Of a stretch of DNA of 64,000 nucleotides, positions 35,501 to 49,500 are shown piece by piece. The DNA is from Centroscyllium fabricii (Eukaryota). The DNA is taken from assembly GCA_051313645.2 (NCBI GenBank), contig JBNRSN020000357.1, positions 248,001-312,000 on the forward strand, read 5' to 3'. Position numbers and translations under genes: made by a program. Each line of letters opens with the position of its first letter. The stretch's first letter is position 1. Under the pieces are notes generated by a model that had not been told where the DNA came from, searched no databases, and worked only from the letters and a program-made list of their open reading frames with translations.

Positions 35501-38500
35501 ACTTTTTGCGTGTTTCCAAAGTGTATGCCCACGCTGCAAAATTAGTAGGAATGAAATATTCAAAATGGATATTTTAATACAATCCAGCTCCTCCAAATAT
35601 CTTTTCAGCTGTTTTAATGAATGAAGTAGGATTACTACTTTTGGTCTGTATATATACCTTATTCACCACTTGATTTAATCCATTGAAGAGTAACTCCTAT
35701 TTCATAACAAGATTAAGATATATACAAAGCATATCTGGTTTATTTTCACAGTTTGAAGATACAACCAATATAGATTAGCGAATAAACCGGATGGATTATA
35801 ACGTAAGGATACCGTTAAAATCATTTGTTCCAGTTTTAAGGTGACCCAACAGATGGCATGCATTTTAATAAAGTATTAAGGAATATCTGGTGGCAAATGT
35901 ACTCTTGTTTTTCTAATGCTTTTCTTGTATTCATTATTCTCGCAAAAAGATGCAGGAAAGTCACTTTTAATTAAGCTTCCTTAGCGCATTTTGTAATTCT
36001 GCAAAACTTTTTGTAGCTGGATAGCGGCAAATAACTTGCACGAATTGTAACTTGAATGTCGTTGCGACGAGATAAGTCTCTAATTGCTTTGATTTTTGGA
36101 CGAATTTGAAGCATAAAGCTGGATATGCGAAATATCCGCTGACCATCTTGAGTTTTACACACCGTCTTTAAAGGGATAGAGATGAGTGCACGCACGCTTC
36201 CCACAAGTAATTTCCAACAGTTACAAGCAATCCACAAAGACCACACAGAGAGTCTAAAGAGATGCAAATATAATCCGTGGTCATTCTACAAAGCTAGAGC
36301 AAAAATGTGCCAAAGCCTAATGGAAAAGCAATCATTTCTCAATCATCGGCTGCTGTTAGATTCCATTAGAAAATTATAGAAATTGGATCTGTTTATGTAC
36401 ATGTTAGAGAACGACCTGGCAAAATCACAGCTTCTGCTTGACTGGCAATGGTTCATAAATGCTGCCATTTTGCTTAGGTACGGAATGTATTTCCACTATG
36501 CGCTGAAATGTATCATCTCTGTACTTTCTGAACGCATGCAGAATACGGCTAAATAGTATACTGCTAATTATTTCAATTATTGCGTTCTGAACGTACTCAC
36601 ATTTTTTGAAAATATTAATTGACAATAATTTTGATGTAGTGACTGTATGGTGACTGTATGTTAAGTCTGTTTCTATCCATCTCCTAAATGGGCCACTATA
36701 GACGACCATGCACGATCAATGGTCGGAAATGTGGATAACCACTAGGTATAGTTAAAGCGAAAGTACTAAAAAGCTGAAGGAAGTACTTGTTCGTTTTTTC
36801 AAGATATAAATTCCTTTAGAAACGAAAGAAAAAGAAAGGTAGTTTAAACGTTTACTAATCCCCAAAATAAATAAATATATTTTAGCTGCTTGCGGCATTG
36901 TTGCAGTGATAGTATCCGTTAAAACATGACACATTAAAGGACAATTGTTTGGTTTGTACAGTAAACATTTGAAATATCTAAAAACTTCGACAGACACGAT
37001 TACAATTAAATAATACAAAAACATGTAATGGGCAACTATACCACGAAACGTTTTTAAAAGCCTGATGTTTGTTTCAATCTTGTTTTTAGATGATTATCAT
37101 AAAAAATGCAATGCAAGTCGTCCAGTTTTGTGTTGCAGGAAAGGAAAAATGTTTGTCAATTGATACTTCAAAGTAAAGGGTTCTCGTGCTGGACAAAGAG
37201 TGGTGGCGCAGGTTTGTAAAATATGGCTCTTCAAACTAAAATATTTCTTTTGTTTTGTCCAATCTATTCATATAATTTGTAAATATTAACGAGTAATCAT
37301 ATATAGAATCAACAACAACTTGCAATTTATAAATGAACCACAGCTTCATTTTAATTAAAATAATGAACAGTGTGTTCTACAAGCCATTACTACGTTAAGC
37401 ATGTTAACCAGTTACTTTAAATTGAATTACATTAACAGGTATAATGAAGGACTAGTGCATTCTAGTAAACCTGGATTTAGATAGTAGACAACATACCCCC
37501 GTAACTGGAACCGCTGTTGCCAGTAACCATTTGGAGACTGCAGCTATGAAAATAACAATGTAGAGGTACAATGGTTATGTGCAAAAATAGTTTTATGAGG
37601 CTTGACATTAGATTTGGTACCCGCGAGTTAGCATCCAGAAATAAAATTACAAGACGCTATTATCGCCCAAATGGCAGGAGATGGGCATGTGAATATATTT
37701 TTAGTTTTAAAACCTTAAGTAAATGTTCCCAACGCCTATCACGACTTTCTATTTTGTATTCATTCTGAATCATTCACCATCCAGAGCTTTCATGATTGCA
37801 AATGTGCCTGTTTTCAAATGGAAATAAGACACAAACTGATTATGTGTGCTGAATCCGAATCAGCCGTTGCAGTCTTCTGAAAACCCGCCCTGAAAAGAAG
37901 CTGGCTGAAGACCTGTGCAACCGGGCCTTCTTATCTGAGTGCGGTCGATCTATTTTCCAACTTTTGCCATTTGTGAGTGTCTCTGCTAGATAATTACGTT
38001 GCCATTGTAAATTGCCCAAACAGAACCCAGAGAGTGGTGCTCTTCCTCGTCTGGGTCTTGCTACTGATTTTTCCAACAATAGCTTCAATGACTTGCATAG
38101 AAACGCCTTATTGAAGTGAACAAATGGGAACGACATGTCTCCGCGGGGAAAAATGAGAAATCATGAGTTTTGAGTTGTTTGGCACTGCTGCAATCTTTAT
38201 ACAAATTTGACTACCATTGATTGTACCCGAACATTTTATCTGCTGATAGACTTATGGTGCAGCATCAGAGAAATAACCCAGTGCTCTTAAAAGGCTCTAC
38301 CTGCCAGTTACAGTTACTTCGCTTTGCAGAGTTGGGGTATTGAAGAAATAAACAATTGCACCGCAGCTTACCATTTTCATATTAATAAAACTAATTACGC
38401 ATTCATTAAAATTATTTGCCAATTTCCAAATATACGGTGATTAAAGTTGCAACGTTAATAGTGAACCCAATCACTGTCCGATCCCACACCTATGAAGACA

Positions 38501-41500
38501 ACCAGATTTAAAAACAATTGCTTGTGCTTGTCTAGTAATCGCTCTAAAAACAACAAATAAACATACAGACAAAACAATATGCATTTATCTCATTTTAATC
38601 TATATTTGAAATGTTTAAACATCAATACTAACTTTCATTACATATATTTACATTTATTTCTGAAATATGTTTTCTTATTATAAGAGATGGTACAGATATA
38701 ATAGTTATAGCCGCTGCCTAACTAACATGGTCATTAGGTTTCATTTGAACATACTGTTATCAAAGCAATATACTAAAGAGAGTACATTGTGCGATATATT
38801 TTGAATATAATGATGTATAATCTGCTGCGGAGGTAGCAGAAATGTCCTCAGTGATCATTTTTAAATAATAAACTGTTTCCGAAAGTGTCAGACACTTCCC
38901 AATATTTGTAGCAAGGTGTTCTCGTTTCATGTTTCAAATGGAATGGAAATTATTAAAGAACAGCAATGACGAGACGCCTCCTTCATACCGGTTACTTAAT
39001 ATCAACCAGCAATCACTCATTGCAACGGGGCAACAATACGTTAACCCCCAACCCAGCTGATCGTTGGGACTTGATAAGCGCAACCAGATATTTATTTAAT
39101 TTTGTACATATGCGTTTACTAAAATCACTTGTACAGCGTAGTCTGCGTCCAAAGAAAAATTGCCAACCGTTCTCACATACTCAGAAACAAACCGGGTTAT
39201 GTCAAGTCTGTTTTCACACTGTCTCGCAGGTCGTCAATTTAATCAGTGTTTCGTTTCCAGGTCATACACTTGCGCACCAATGCTCTGTGATTTGCGTTCA
39301 TTAGTTTCGTTATCACTGCCTTAACGTAAGGCGGTTTTAACATTAGATCCTTCTTTGTGAAGCTTTGAAAACAGGCTATTTCGCTTCGCTTGGTTTAGAA
39401 CATAACCCCAATGGAACAAGCTTGGAATTATCCCCAAAATATTGTGTTTATTTCTTGAATTAATAGATTTGAAACAACACATGTAAATATGTCGCTTCAT
39501 TTCTCTTCACCCAATGCCTAATAATAAAGTTAACTGTACCATACTACGCACTGATTTGTTACATTTTCTTACAAAATCTTGTTAACAGTTTAAGTCCCAT
39601 CTCCTTCAAACGGCCGGATTTTAGGATTTTCGTCAGAGTTCCGCTTTTACTACATCCGTTATTATAAATGCAATCATTAAACAATTGTTATTTTAAAATA
39701 GATTGATATGTATAGAATTGTTCTTCTCCTGAATGAAAACATAATTTAGATCTAGAACAATAGAAATAGCAGGATCAGATTAATCTCGAAACCAATATTT
39801 GTTTCAATTGTCTAGGTAAACCCCATCATTAAAGATAATGTACAACATTGCCTGAAAATAACACGTTTCTGTTTGACAAGTCTGTCAAGAAATTTGCGGC
39901 CTACCTGTTTTATTTTCAAAATTGCACTTGGAAAGTTATTCAATCGATAAGATTACAATTTATGTGATAGATATTTTAAATTCCAATTAATCTGGGTCAG
40001 ATGGATGTTTTATTTCGAGAATGATGTTGTAAACTTGAAACATTTGCAATGTAAAAGTAAAATCATTCTTTTTCGTGTTTTACGTTAAAGTGTCGATTTA
40101 AAATCTTAGTTTAAGAATGTTTAGATATGTGCTCCCACATTAAGCGTGAAACTGCAAATATATCATCTGAAACATAAATAAAAACTATTATACCTGTCAA
40201 CTTTCTTAAATAAGAAAAAAAACATTACCGGGTATCACACTCTGGGGAGACATCAGTCGGCCACGATGATGGGTAATAGTTTCTTTCTGAATCTATGATT
40301 ATTAGCTCAGTAACAAACAAAAAGGACTACACCACTTCAGAACATAGAACTAATAAGAATCTGAATCATAATTTCAGGAGCAGAGTTACAAAAAAGTACT
40401 TCAGGGTAATGTAATTTTCAAATCTTTAGTTACCAGTAAATGGGTTACTGCTGTAGAATACATTCAAAAGGTGTAGCTTGAATTTACCATTTATTTCTGC
40501 CCCTGGACTATACTGATGATGAGGACCGGCGTATTGCAGTTTTATCCCTTCATTTTAATGTTCTATAGGTATATAGAGAAAGCAATGTATTTCAGTTGCA
40601 TGAATCCTTTCCACGTGTGTTTTCTGTGCCATTCTGTCTCTTGTTATACGTTTCTGTGCTATTGTGCACCACACTAAGGTTCTGTATTATTTTACCTCTA
40701 ATCTTCTACTTACGTGATCGTTGCTAACGTAACATATTTTAAAACAACTGGTGCATTTTGTACGTATTTTCATCATGACTAGAAATACAAAAGAGATTTT
40801 CTGCAAGTATTCCACTAAGCCGCAAAGAATGCCTTTCATAAAAACCGCATTTGTCGACTTGAGGAAAAATACAATTCAGAACGTTATATAGAACCTTTGT
40901 AAATGTTAGTTTGTACTTATCTGAATATAATTTCATGCTTGGCTATGACATATATCAATTATAGTCTTGTCGTTAGCAGTAACATTCTATGACTAAATAA
41001 TTACATTCAACCGACCCCATAACATTATTACATGTTTGGACAGAAGTAACGACGGATAATTCTAGATACACCTACAGATTTGGCTCTAACTCTAGATCAT
41101 CGAACATCAAACTACACAACGTCAAACATTGTTTATCAGCCATCTAACTGCTTACCGTTACTTGTTTTTAATCAATACTTGCTTTGGGCGTAGAAAAGGG
41201 GCTTGCATGTCACTACATAAATTAATACCAAATCTTTATCAATAAATTATTAATGCTTTTATTGCGAATTTTGTATTTGTTATAAATAAAAGAATGCAAA
41301 TTTGAAACGTATTATAGCCCCATCCCGGTCAATAAACACTACATGTATTAACTGAGAGTGTTTGGCACACCTTTTTGACAAACACTGGTGGAACCGCTTT
41401 GACCTACCTGATAGCTACATTTTTCCGAGATCATTCCTCAGCACCCAGACAACCGAAAATCTCCAAACAAGCTGTGAGCTTAATTTAAACAGCTCCCAGA

Positions 41501-43598
41501 TCAGTTGTATCCTTATGCATGCATCAGCGTGGATTACTTCGGTTAAAACAAAATAATAATGGTATCTAAAAAGCTGTAAATCCACTGAGTGTATACATAG
41601 ATATTTAACAATCGGAATGCTGTATCCCTTACAGCATTTCCTGGGAGAGTGGAGCCTTTAGTGTTTACCCCTGAACTCTACTTTGTTTGTGAATACCATC
41701 TACTGAAGGGCCTGGGCCTGAGCTACCTCTTGAAGAAGGCGCTTTCACTTGTAACAGAGATTTATATATGGCTCATAAAAATGACATTCGTCTTTGGGGT
41801 CTTCTCGGTGGAACTGATCGAGCATGGATCCGAGAAATATTTTAAAGTGTACAATTTTAAAGGCGTTTGCACCATTTTTCTCAGCATTATATTGATGCAA
41901 CAATGCAAGGGTCAGTTTAAAAGGATTATTTTTCTTGATGTGCTGCACTTAAATAGTAAAGGGAGGCTACTGGTAAGTAAATTTGAAAGGCGATGAATGC
42001 CTTCCTTAGTCGGGACAGTTATATTTATTGCAGTGAGATTGTAACATCAAAAATTAAGGTTTTAAAAGAATCTCTGCAATAAAGACATAAGCCTATGTTT
42101 AACAAATAAATCAAAGCGTGCTTCATCAAAAAGGACCTTCTAAATGTTTAAAAGGTACATATCAACTGCATTGCTAATGTTGTTGTTAACATCGATCACC
42201 ACTGTTGCCGGCCAGTGAAAGAGCTCTTCGTTTTCTACTGAAACTTCGAACACTGATGTTTGTTAATAATCAAACACGAAACGATCCACGTCATAAACAG
42301 AGAGTTTATCTTTAGTGCGAAAGTGCATCTGACCTTTTAGCTCTGAGCAAACTGGATCCAGCACAGGCTGAAAAATCAAATATGGTTTCGAATTCAAATC
42401 TATCAGTTATATTGACAATTTCCTTTCCATGGGCCCTTCAATGGCATCGCTCCTTCATTCTAATCACTATATTTCCAATTCTGATCCATAACATTATTAG
42501 AATTTTGAAGCTTTTTAAATGACTCAAATATTGTATTCAAACTGTTCAAGTGAGAGGATGGCTGACGGAATCAGTTACCCACCAAATACTTGCCATGCTG
42601 AGAATTAATCACAGCGCAGTTAATAAAATCGAATAAAATATGACAGGTAAACTGATTACTGGATCACGTAATTTGAGAATGTTTAATTCGCGTTGAAATG
42701 TGTGCGTATTATCACACAAAAAAATATACACACATTTTTGCGAGTTTAGCTTTAAGTCGGACCGAGCTGGCCGTGCAACACGTAGATCTTTGCCTTTTGC
42801 CTACAGCAAACACATGAGATTTCCTTAATGCCAAAACAAACAGTGTCTTCCATGGAGAAATCATACTTGATCGTTCTAATTGAAATGCACTTTGGCCTCA
42901 TTAACTACTTTAACTTTAATTCACTCTGTGGAATTAATTCAAAATAAATATCGGCGAAGCGCTCTAAGTGTTTAGATCATTACTCTGTTCGATTCTGCAG
43001 TTTACGGTCAATCCACAAATTGAACCTTCTAACGTTTGACATTTGTGGACTTTGAACTGTTGGTTATCAACAGCGCCAGTAACAGAATGGGCCATTTCGT
43101 CCGTATTCAGGATGTAAGCTTTGTACTGGGTTATAATTAATTTACGTCAGAAAACAGCTTTCACGTTTAAAACTTGCATCAAATGATTTTCTCAGTAAAA
43201 TCACACGCTAGCCTCTCCACACAAAAAAAAACATAGGCAAGAGAATATCAAAATATTTGGGTTGTCCACGTGTTCTTCTAGTAAATGGTAAATCTCATAT
43301 AATAACGGATTTCATCAGCTTTTAGACGTCGAAGAGGCTTTACCTGTGCCTTAACAAATAAAGAGGAAAATCGGAGGAGATTTTCACAACTGTAGAAAAC
43401 TTTTTGAGGTAATGGGAACATATTACCTATTACCTCTTTACCTATTTTATATAACTGAAATTATAAATTCGATATAAATAAATTGCGCTGAGTTCTCAAC
43501 GCGACACGGATTGGGAAATAGCAATGGTGAAAATTAAGGGAAATGTACAATGATATGCAATAAAACAGTTGTGGGTATTGCGGTTTAGGGTTTCATAA

Positions 43599-43604
43599 TT
43601 TATT
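43599..43604 (-). promoter_or_regulatory. Candidate NKX2-1 polyadenylation signal (another at 43863-43868)
   Basis: AATAAA on the minus strand ~650 nt after the stop codon. The region is AT-rich, so the site is not unique. Confidence 0.3.
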
Positions 43605-44254
43605 AGAAGCTCTCGGAACTATATTTATACCAATTATCTATTTTAAGTTACAACAAAAAACGACTTTCTTACGCCGGCGATAACGAACAAACTATCAAAT
43701 ACTGTACACGCTCAGTCCATGATGAAAACATTTTTACAGCATAATATACAAATTACTAAAAACTATAAATTCGGCCCAGACATGTGCATTTTACAGAAAT
43801 ATACACCTAAGTTTTATAGTAAAAACTAAGAAAATGCCAAATCGTGTTAAATAAACCTATTATTTATTTTCTTCCCGAGGGAAGAATATTACTGGGTGTC
43901 ACATTTTTTGTTAACACTGTATTATATTTCGAAAGCTTCATTCTATACGACCCCCACAAAAAAATGTTATATTTACAGATCTTACATATGGACAGATCTG
44001 TGTTCTGTAGAGTTCAGTCTATGTCTGCATATGGAGCAATCTGTTTCACTGTGATATTATAAGTCCGGCCAGCAATATGTGCATTCCAAGTCTACAAAAC
44101 AAAATACATTTACAGCGTTTTGCCATCACTTCAGCCAGAGCCTCCTCCTATACTGATGCATATCTACGCAAATTAGTACCCGGAACACTTTACCAAAATA
44201 CAGCAGATATGAATCAATACAGCATGGTGTTAACACACAAGCCAAGTGAATCAT

Positions 44255-44925
44255 TCACCAGGTCCTACCATACAGTAAAGTAGAGCATGACATGGCTGTA
44301 CCATAATCAGAACTAGAAGAGTTTAGGTGAGACAAGCTAGTGACGTGGCTTTGGATAGACGAAGGACTTCCTGAGGTTTGCCCTAATTCCGATGTCTGAC
44401 CTGTGCTATTTGCTTGCTGGCTTGAGCCGTGAGCAGTGCCATTGGTAGCCACTGTGATTGGTGTGTTGGTAGATTGCAGTTGTTGGGTTTGCATGGTCGT
44501 TGTTGGGGCATTGGCACCTCCTTGGCATGGTTTGCCATCTTTAACCAGAACAGGTACAGCTACTCTTCTCGGAGACTGCTGCTGCTGTTGGCAAGTGCTG
44601 TTGTCTTGCTGCATATGCTGCTGAGCCGCCTTGTCTTTGGCTTGCCGCTTCATCTTATAACGGTGATTCTGGAACCAGATCTTCACCTGAGTGGGCGTGA
44701 GATGGATCATACTGGCCAAATGTTCCCTTTCAGGGGCTGAGAGGTATTTCTGCTGCTTGAAGCGCCTCTCTAGCTCATAAACCTGGGCTTGAGAGAAAAG
44801 CACTCTGCGTTTTCTCCGAGGTGTACTCTGGAGAGGAGCCATGGGTTTGCCAACGTCTCCAAGAGAGCCTAAAGCGCCCATTCCGCCCATGTTCATTCCT
44901 GAGGACGGGGCCATGAAGCGGGAAA
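44255..44925 (-). CDS. NKX2-1: NK2 homeobox 1 (TTF-1), coding exon 2: homeodomain, NK2-specific domain and C-terminus
   Basis: [58 protein letters not shown] (Tyr54 NK2 homeodomain), NK2-[18 protein letters not shown], and NKX2-1-type end [27 protein letters not shown]. Acceptor ...TTTCTAG| at 44926; the phase-1 junction gives FSS-I-SRFM. Confidence 0.95.
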
Positions 44926-45880
44926 CTAGAAATTGGGGAATAAAGAATAAACTTAGACAAAGACTTTTACAAATAAGTAAGTATACATTTTAAAAGGTAT
45001 ATTTATTCCAGCACAATTAAAAAAATCCCAAACCACATAGAGGTGTTCCATAAAACTAACCAATTAAATTAAGATATTAAGATTTTTCATTCATTTCAGT
45101 GATTTTGAGTGCTCTGTTTCCATTTCGTAGCTTTAAATGGAACCGGTTTCTAATATATATTTGTTTGCAAACGATTAAGAATTTCAGTCACTTTAAAAAG
45201 CTGGATATTACAAAAAGATTTAGGTAAGAAGGTAAGTTTTTTATGTTTAAAGGGTAGTTTTGCTGAATAAACTATACAGGATTGTATATTTTTAATTTGT
45301 GTAGAAATGCTGTTGCGGTTTTCAAAGAGTAATATTTATATAACTTTAGGACAATGTATTAGATGTATTTAAACATTGTAAAACATGTATCAATAAAGAT
45401 AACAACACTGCTTCCTGTGCATTGGGCAAATATACCTTTCCAACATAATTCCCCAATTGCTAATGCGTGATTTAAACAGGTTAATCTGGCCACATTAGTA
45501 CAATACTTGAAACACAAGTAAAGTGTCTTGTGTTGCGAGAAATAGTTGTACTGTACACGGATAGGATCACTCAAACTGTCTATATATTTACACCACAAAA
45601 TATACCGACTTGAGACATGAAAAAGCACGCGAACGAAAACTGAGGTATTTGAAATACAACTAAGTAATGGTTGTATCAAGTATTAAAAACACTTGCTCCG
45701 ATCTTAACTAAAAATGAAACACGCAAAACGAATGCATTAGAAAAGCATGACATTGGAAATACAGATTTTTGAACGCCATTTTCATAATCTCAACAAATTT
45801 AGAATACTTGAAATATTTTACAATTTGAATAGCTTACTGTTTAACTGGTCTGTGTATTAGAAACTAATTATTCCACTTAC

Positions 45881-46259
45881 TGGATGAAAAGCGTGGATCC
45901 GGATTCGACCCGTACCAGCCTGTCGCGCTTGCACTGTTCCTCATGGTATCCTGGTAAGCAGGAAGCTCGCCCATGTTGCCAATATTGCTAATATTGCCGT
46001 TGCAGTAGCCTCCCATAGCAGCGTGTGAAAGCTGGGGGACCCCGTGTGACATGTGGTAGGTCGCCGCAGGCACCGACGTATTATGTCCGATCGAGTGCTG
46101 TTGCATGCCCGGCTGGGAGACCTGTGGCTGCCGGTAAGTTGTCAAGTGAGCTCCGAGGTTACCCGCTGCGTCCATGCCAACTTTCTTGTAGCTCTCCTCG
46201 ATGGGGCTCAAAATATCTGAAACTGAGAAGGGCGTAGTATGCTTGGGGCTCATCGACAT
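45881..46259 (-). CDS. NKX2-1: NK2 homeobox 1 (TTF-1), coding exon 1 with tinman/EH1 motif
   Basis: [19 protein letters not shown]...[13 protein letters not shown], with donor |GTAAGT at 45880. 379+671 nt = 350 codons (349 aa plus stop); intron 955 nt. Confidence 0.95.
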
Positions 46260-46560
46260 GGTTCAGCAGCGAAGTAGGCAAATTTGCTGAACGGATAAAC
46301 AGTGTTATGTTAGCGCCGATCTTGTGGACGTACACGTAAGAGAGTGATTGAAGTCCGCCTTAATTGTATTAAGTCGAGGCTATAGACCTGCGAGCGCCTA
46401 GCTTTTGTTTGTTGTAGCCAGGCGCCAGGTTTTAGACAGACAGGAGAGGCGGGGCATGAGCGCAAACGAGCAAACAATAGAGCTCAACATCTTGCTAAGA
46501 TAATTATGTAACATGCTGATGGCAAGGTAAATACTTTCGAGTTTACCTTGCCAAGATATT
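46260..46560 (-). promoter_or_regulatory. NKX2-1 5' leader / proximal promoter
   Basis: Contains a GC box (GAGGCGGGGC ~46446), forkhead-like AAACA/GTAAATA sites and CAATTAA homeobox sites. The minus-strand CAATTAAGGCGGACT...TTACGTGTAC...CAAGATCGGCG resembles the tetrapod NKX2-1 leader as I recall it (not aligned). Confidence 0.65.
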
Positions 46561-49500
46561 TTACTTTTTGTGAAATATTAAATTACGGAATTTGAAAGTA
46601 TCCGTTAATTCAATACATTATCTATAAAGGATGTGCAATAAGGTTTCATTGTGCTATCAGTGGTTATGTTTACGCGAAGGTCAGTGTTTAACTCTGACTT
46701 TTGATATCATTGATAAAGCCAGGGGATAATTGCACTTTTAGATCGTGTTTTCAGTATGGTTAAATTATACTTAAGTAATGTAAAAGTGCACTTGCTACCT
46801 AGGAATAACTAAATATCTTTAGTCAGAGTGGCAGCATAAATGCTTGTTCGCTTTGTGACTGTGCTCGATATTAATGCATAAGGATCATTTTGCTTCAATT
46901 CAGGGGCTCTTATTCAGTAGCCAAGAAGTCTTTCAGGAGAAAGAAGGCTCCCGCATGAGTTAACATCGTTCAAGTGTAAACCTCTGCCCTGATTATACTT
47001 CACTTCTCCTGGAGAGGCGAGGTTGCCACAAGATTTAATGTCAGAATTTTATTCTTGAATCCGCATGTTAAATGTCCCTTTCTGCGCTGAAGCATGGATC
47101 TACTGTACCCATCCCCAAAATATATCACCATTGTAACATTTACCTTATATTTTCTGGCGCAAAATTCACGATTTGCACACTTCCATTCAAAACAAGGTAA
47201 CTTGCAGTAAATCACAAAGTAGTCTGACTGGCGTCTATATAATCCTTTCAATATTTCACATATTTTAATAAAATTTAGATAAACGAAATTTCGGTCATAA
47301 CTCAAATTGACAGTTTTTAAAAACGATCTTGCATGTAGTAGGTTCAGTTAACTGAGAGCTTGTATATCATCATACCTGTATTGTGAAGTATTTGTGCCGT
47401 TTGCAATCAATTTTTGATTCGTGTATCTATATATAGAGTTTACACTAATACACGACGAGATAAATCTCTCTCCAACTGTGCGTTCTGTTGATTCCTGTGT
47501 TAATGATGACTTCCACCCATCGCCCGTTACCTTCAAATCCCCAGATATTGTGGAATTTATTATGCAACATATGATCTTACGATTTATCACAATCACATTT
47601 TTTATATTGCTGTTGCAAATAAGTAGTGCATTCGAACGTGTGGTTTTATGAATTAATTAATTTAAAGTCAGCCTTTGTTTACTTTATAATAACAACGTTA
47701 ACATACTAACGAGCACTACCGGGTAGAGGTGGGATGACTGTCGGATCGGCTAATGTCCCATGCATGTTCAATATGGTAAGCCCAAAACTCACTAAACAGT
47801 ACAATTCTAGCTTTGGGATAATATATTTGCTTCTCTGAATCAAACTCCGAATTACCAATAGCCAGTCATTGTAATACTGCGTTTAATTTAAAGACTTAAA
47901 TGCACATTGTCTGGTGATTATCTGGTAAAAAAAATATTGATGTGCATTTTTCAATTGCCTGATTATCCACATAACGGTGTGAAAATTGATTATTTTTTTG
48001 CCAATATTAATGTATGTTACTGCTTGAAGCACTGGAATAGTTATTTATTATTGCATGAATAATGTACGCGATCTTACCCTGTTATTGACCCCATTCTCTG
48101 CCCGGCTGTTATGTATTAACCAAGGAGGGTTGATGCGCAATATGCAGGTTCATACAATCCTATTTTGAGAATGGTGCAGTCCTTTCTGTAGTTAGGTGCA
48201 CTTCATGGCGGGCTACATGGAGATTGTTCAACAGCTTCTGACCTTACACAATCCATTTGATAATACTCGAAATGTCGTACAAGGCTAGATATTGTCAATC
48301 AAATGGTCCCAAACCAAATGCAAGCGGTCCCGCCAAGACCAGGGTGTTTGCCGATTGCGTCAATTGGTGGAACAAGACTGCAACTAGCTTGTTAATATCA
48401 TGCTAAATTGCACAGAATAAATGTCACTAAATTTGATACCACAGTCATTTGTAATCACAAACACGTATTTCGAATAAAAGTTTAGTTTGTCTCGTGTTTC
48501 GAGGGTTTCACTTTTGAGGATTGTCACCGCGTAAAGAAGTGAGAATTATAATCCTAACCACAGCTGTTTGCAATCGGATTATATAATCTTCCAGCAGTAG
48601 TTGTGATATGAACTTTATAAAATAAATATAGTATTCTAATGGTTTTAATGGAATGGGACTGCGTTTTATGTTTCACCTGGCATCAAGCGATCTGACTAAC
48701 TGGTCGACATAATGGTCAGATACACAGAACCGAAACCCTTTAATTGCCTTTTAAGTGTAATTAGTGTTATTATAGTGAAAATCGTAATAGCAATATAGCA
48801 GCGTGTTACGTTAATTTAGGGTTTTTGATAGCCGAAACATACAGTGAGCTGCTATTAATTGTTGAGCTTGTTTTGCTGCGTTGCGTGAACATCAACGTTT
48901 GGATACACTTTTTCCTCTCCGATCACAACAGGATGAATACTGAACAGACTAAATTCACCATGTTTGAAAAGTGCAAGATAAATTTATTGACCATGAAGAT
49001 ATTCAATTATATTTGAATAAACATTCAGAAAAGTATTTTCATGTGAAAGTGTTTCCAAAGTTGCATATTTTGTTTGTATAGTTGTGATTCCACATCTGTG
49101 TAAAATATGTATACATTTCACCAATGGAAAACTCTACTATCAAATTATATTTAAAATAATGCGTATTGAAACTTAATCATTGTAATCTATTATTCGTGTA
49201 AAATGGGGTAAATTTGCATAAACCATTTGTTATATAAGTTTCTATACTTATCAATAAATAATCAGTTTCCTACAACCCACATAGAAAGCCGTAAATAATT
49301 GCAATGCTTCCAGCCCCTGCATCAACCCTAATATATATATCATTACATTGCATAGATACTTTTTGGAATAGAATAATTCCGAAATTTGACAAACAATACA
49401 AGTCTTTTTGGGATCAGGTTTATAATTGGACACAGGTTGATAAATTGAAGTGCCTAAGAGTCATAAACATTGGAATTTCGCGCCTGCGTCAGAACTGAGC

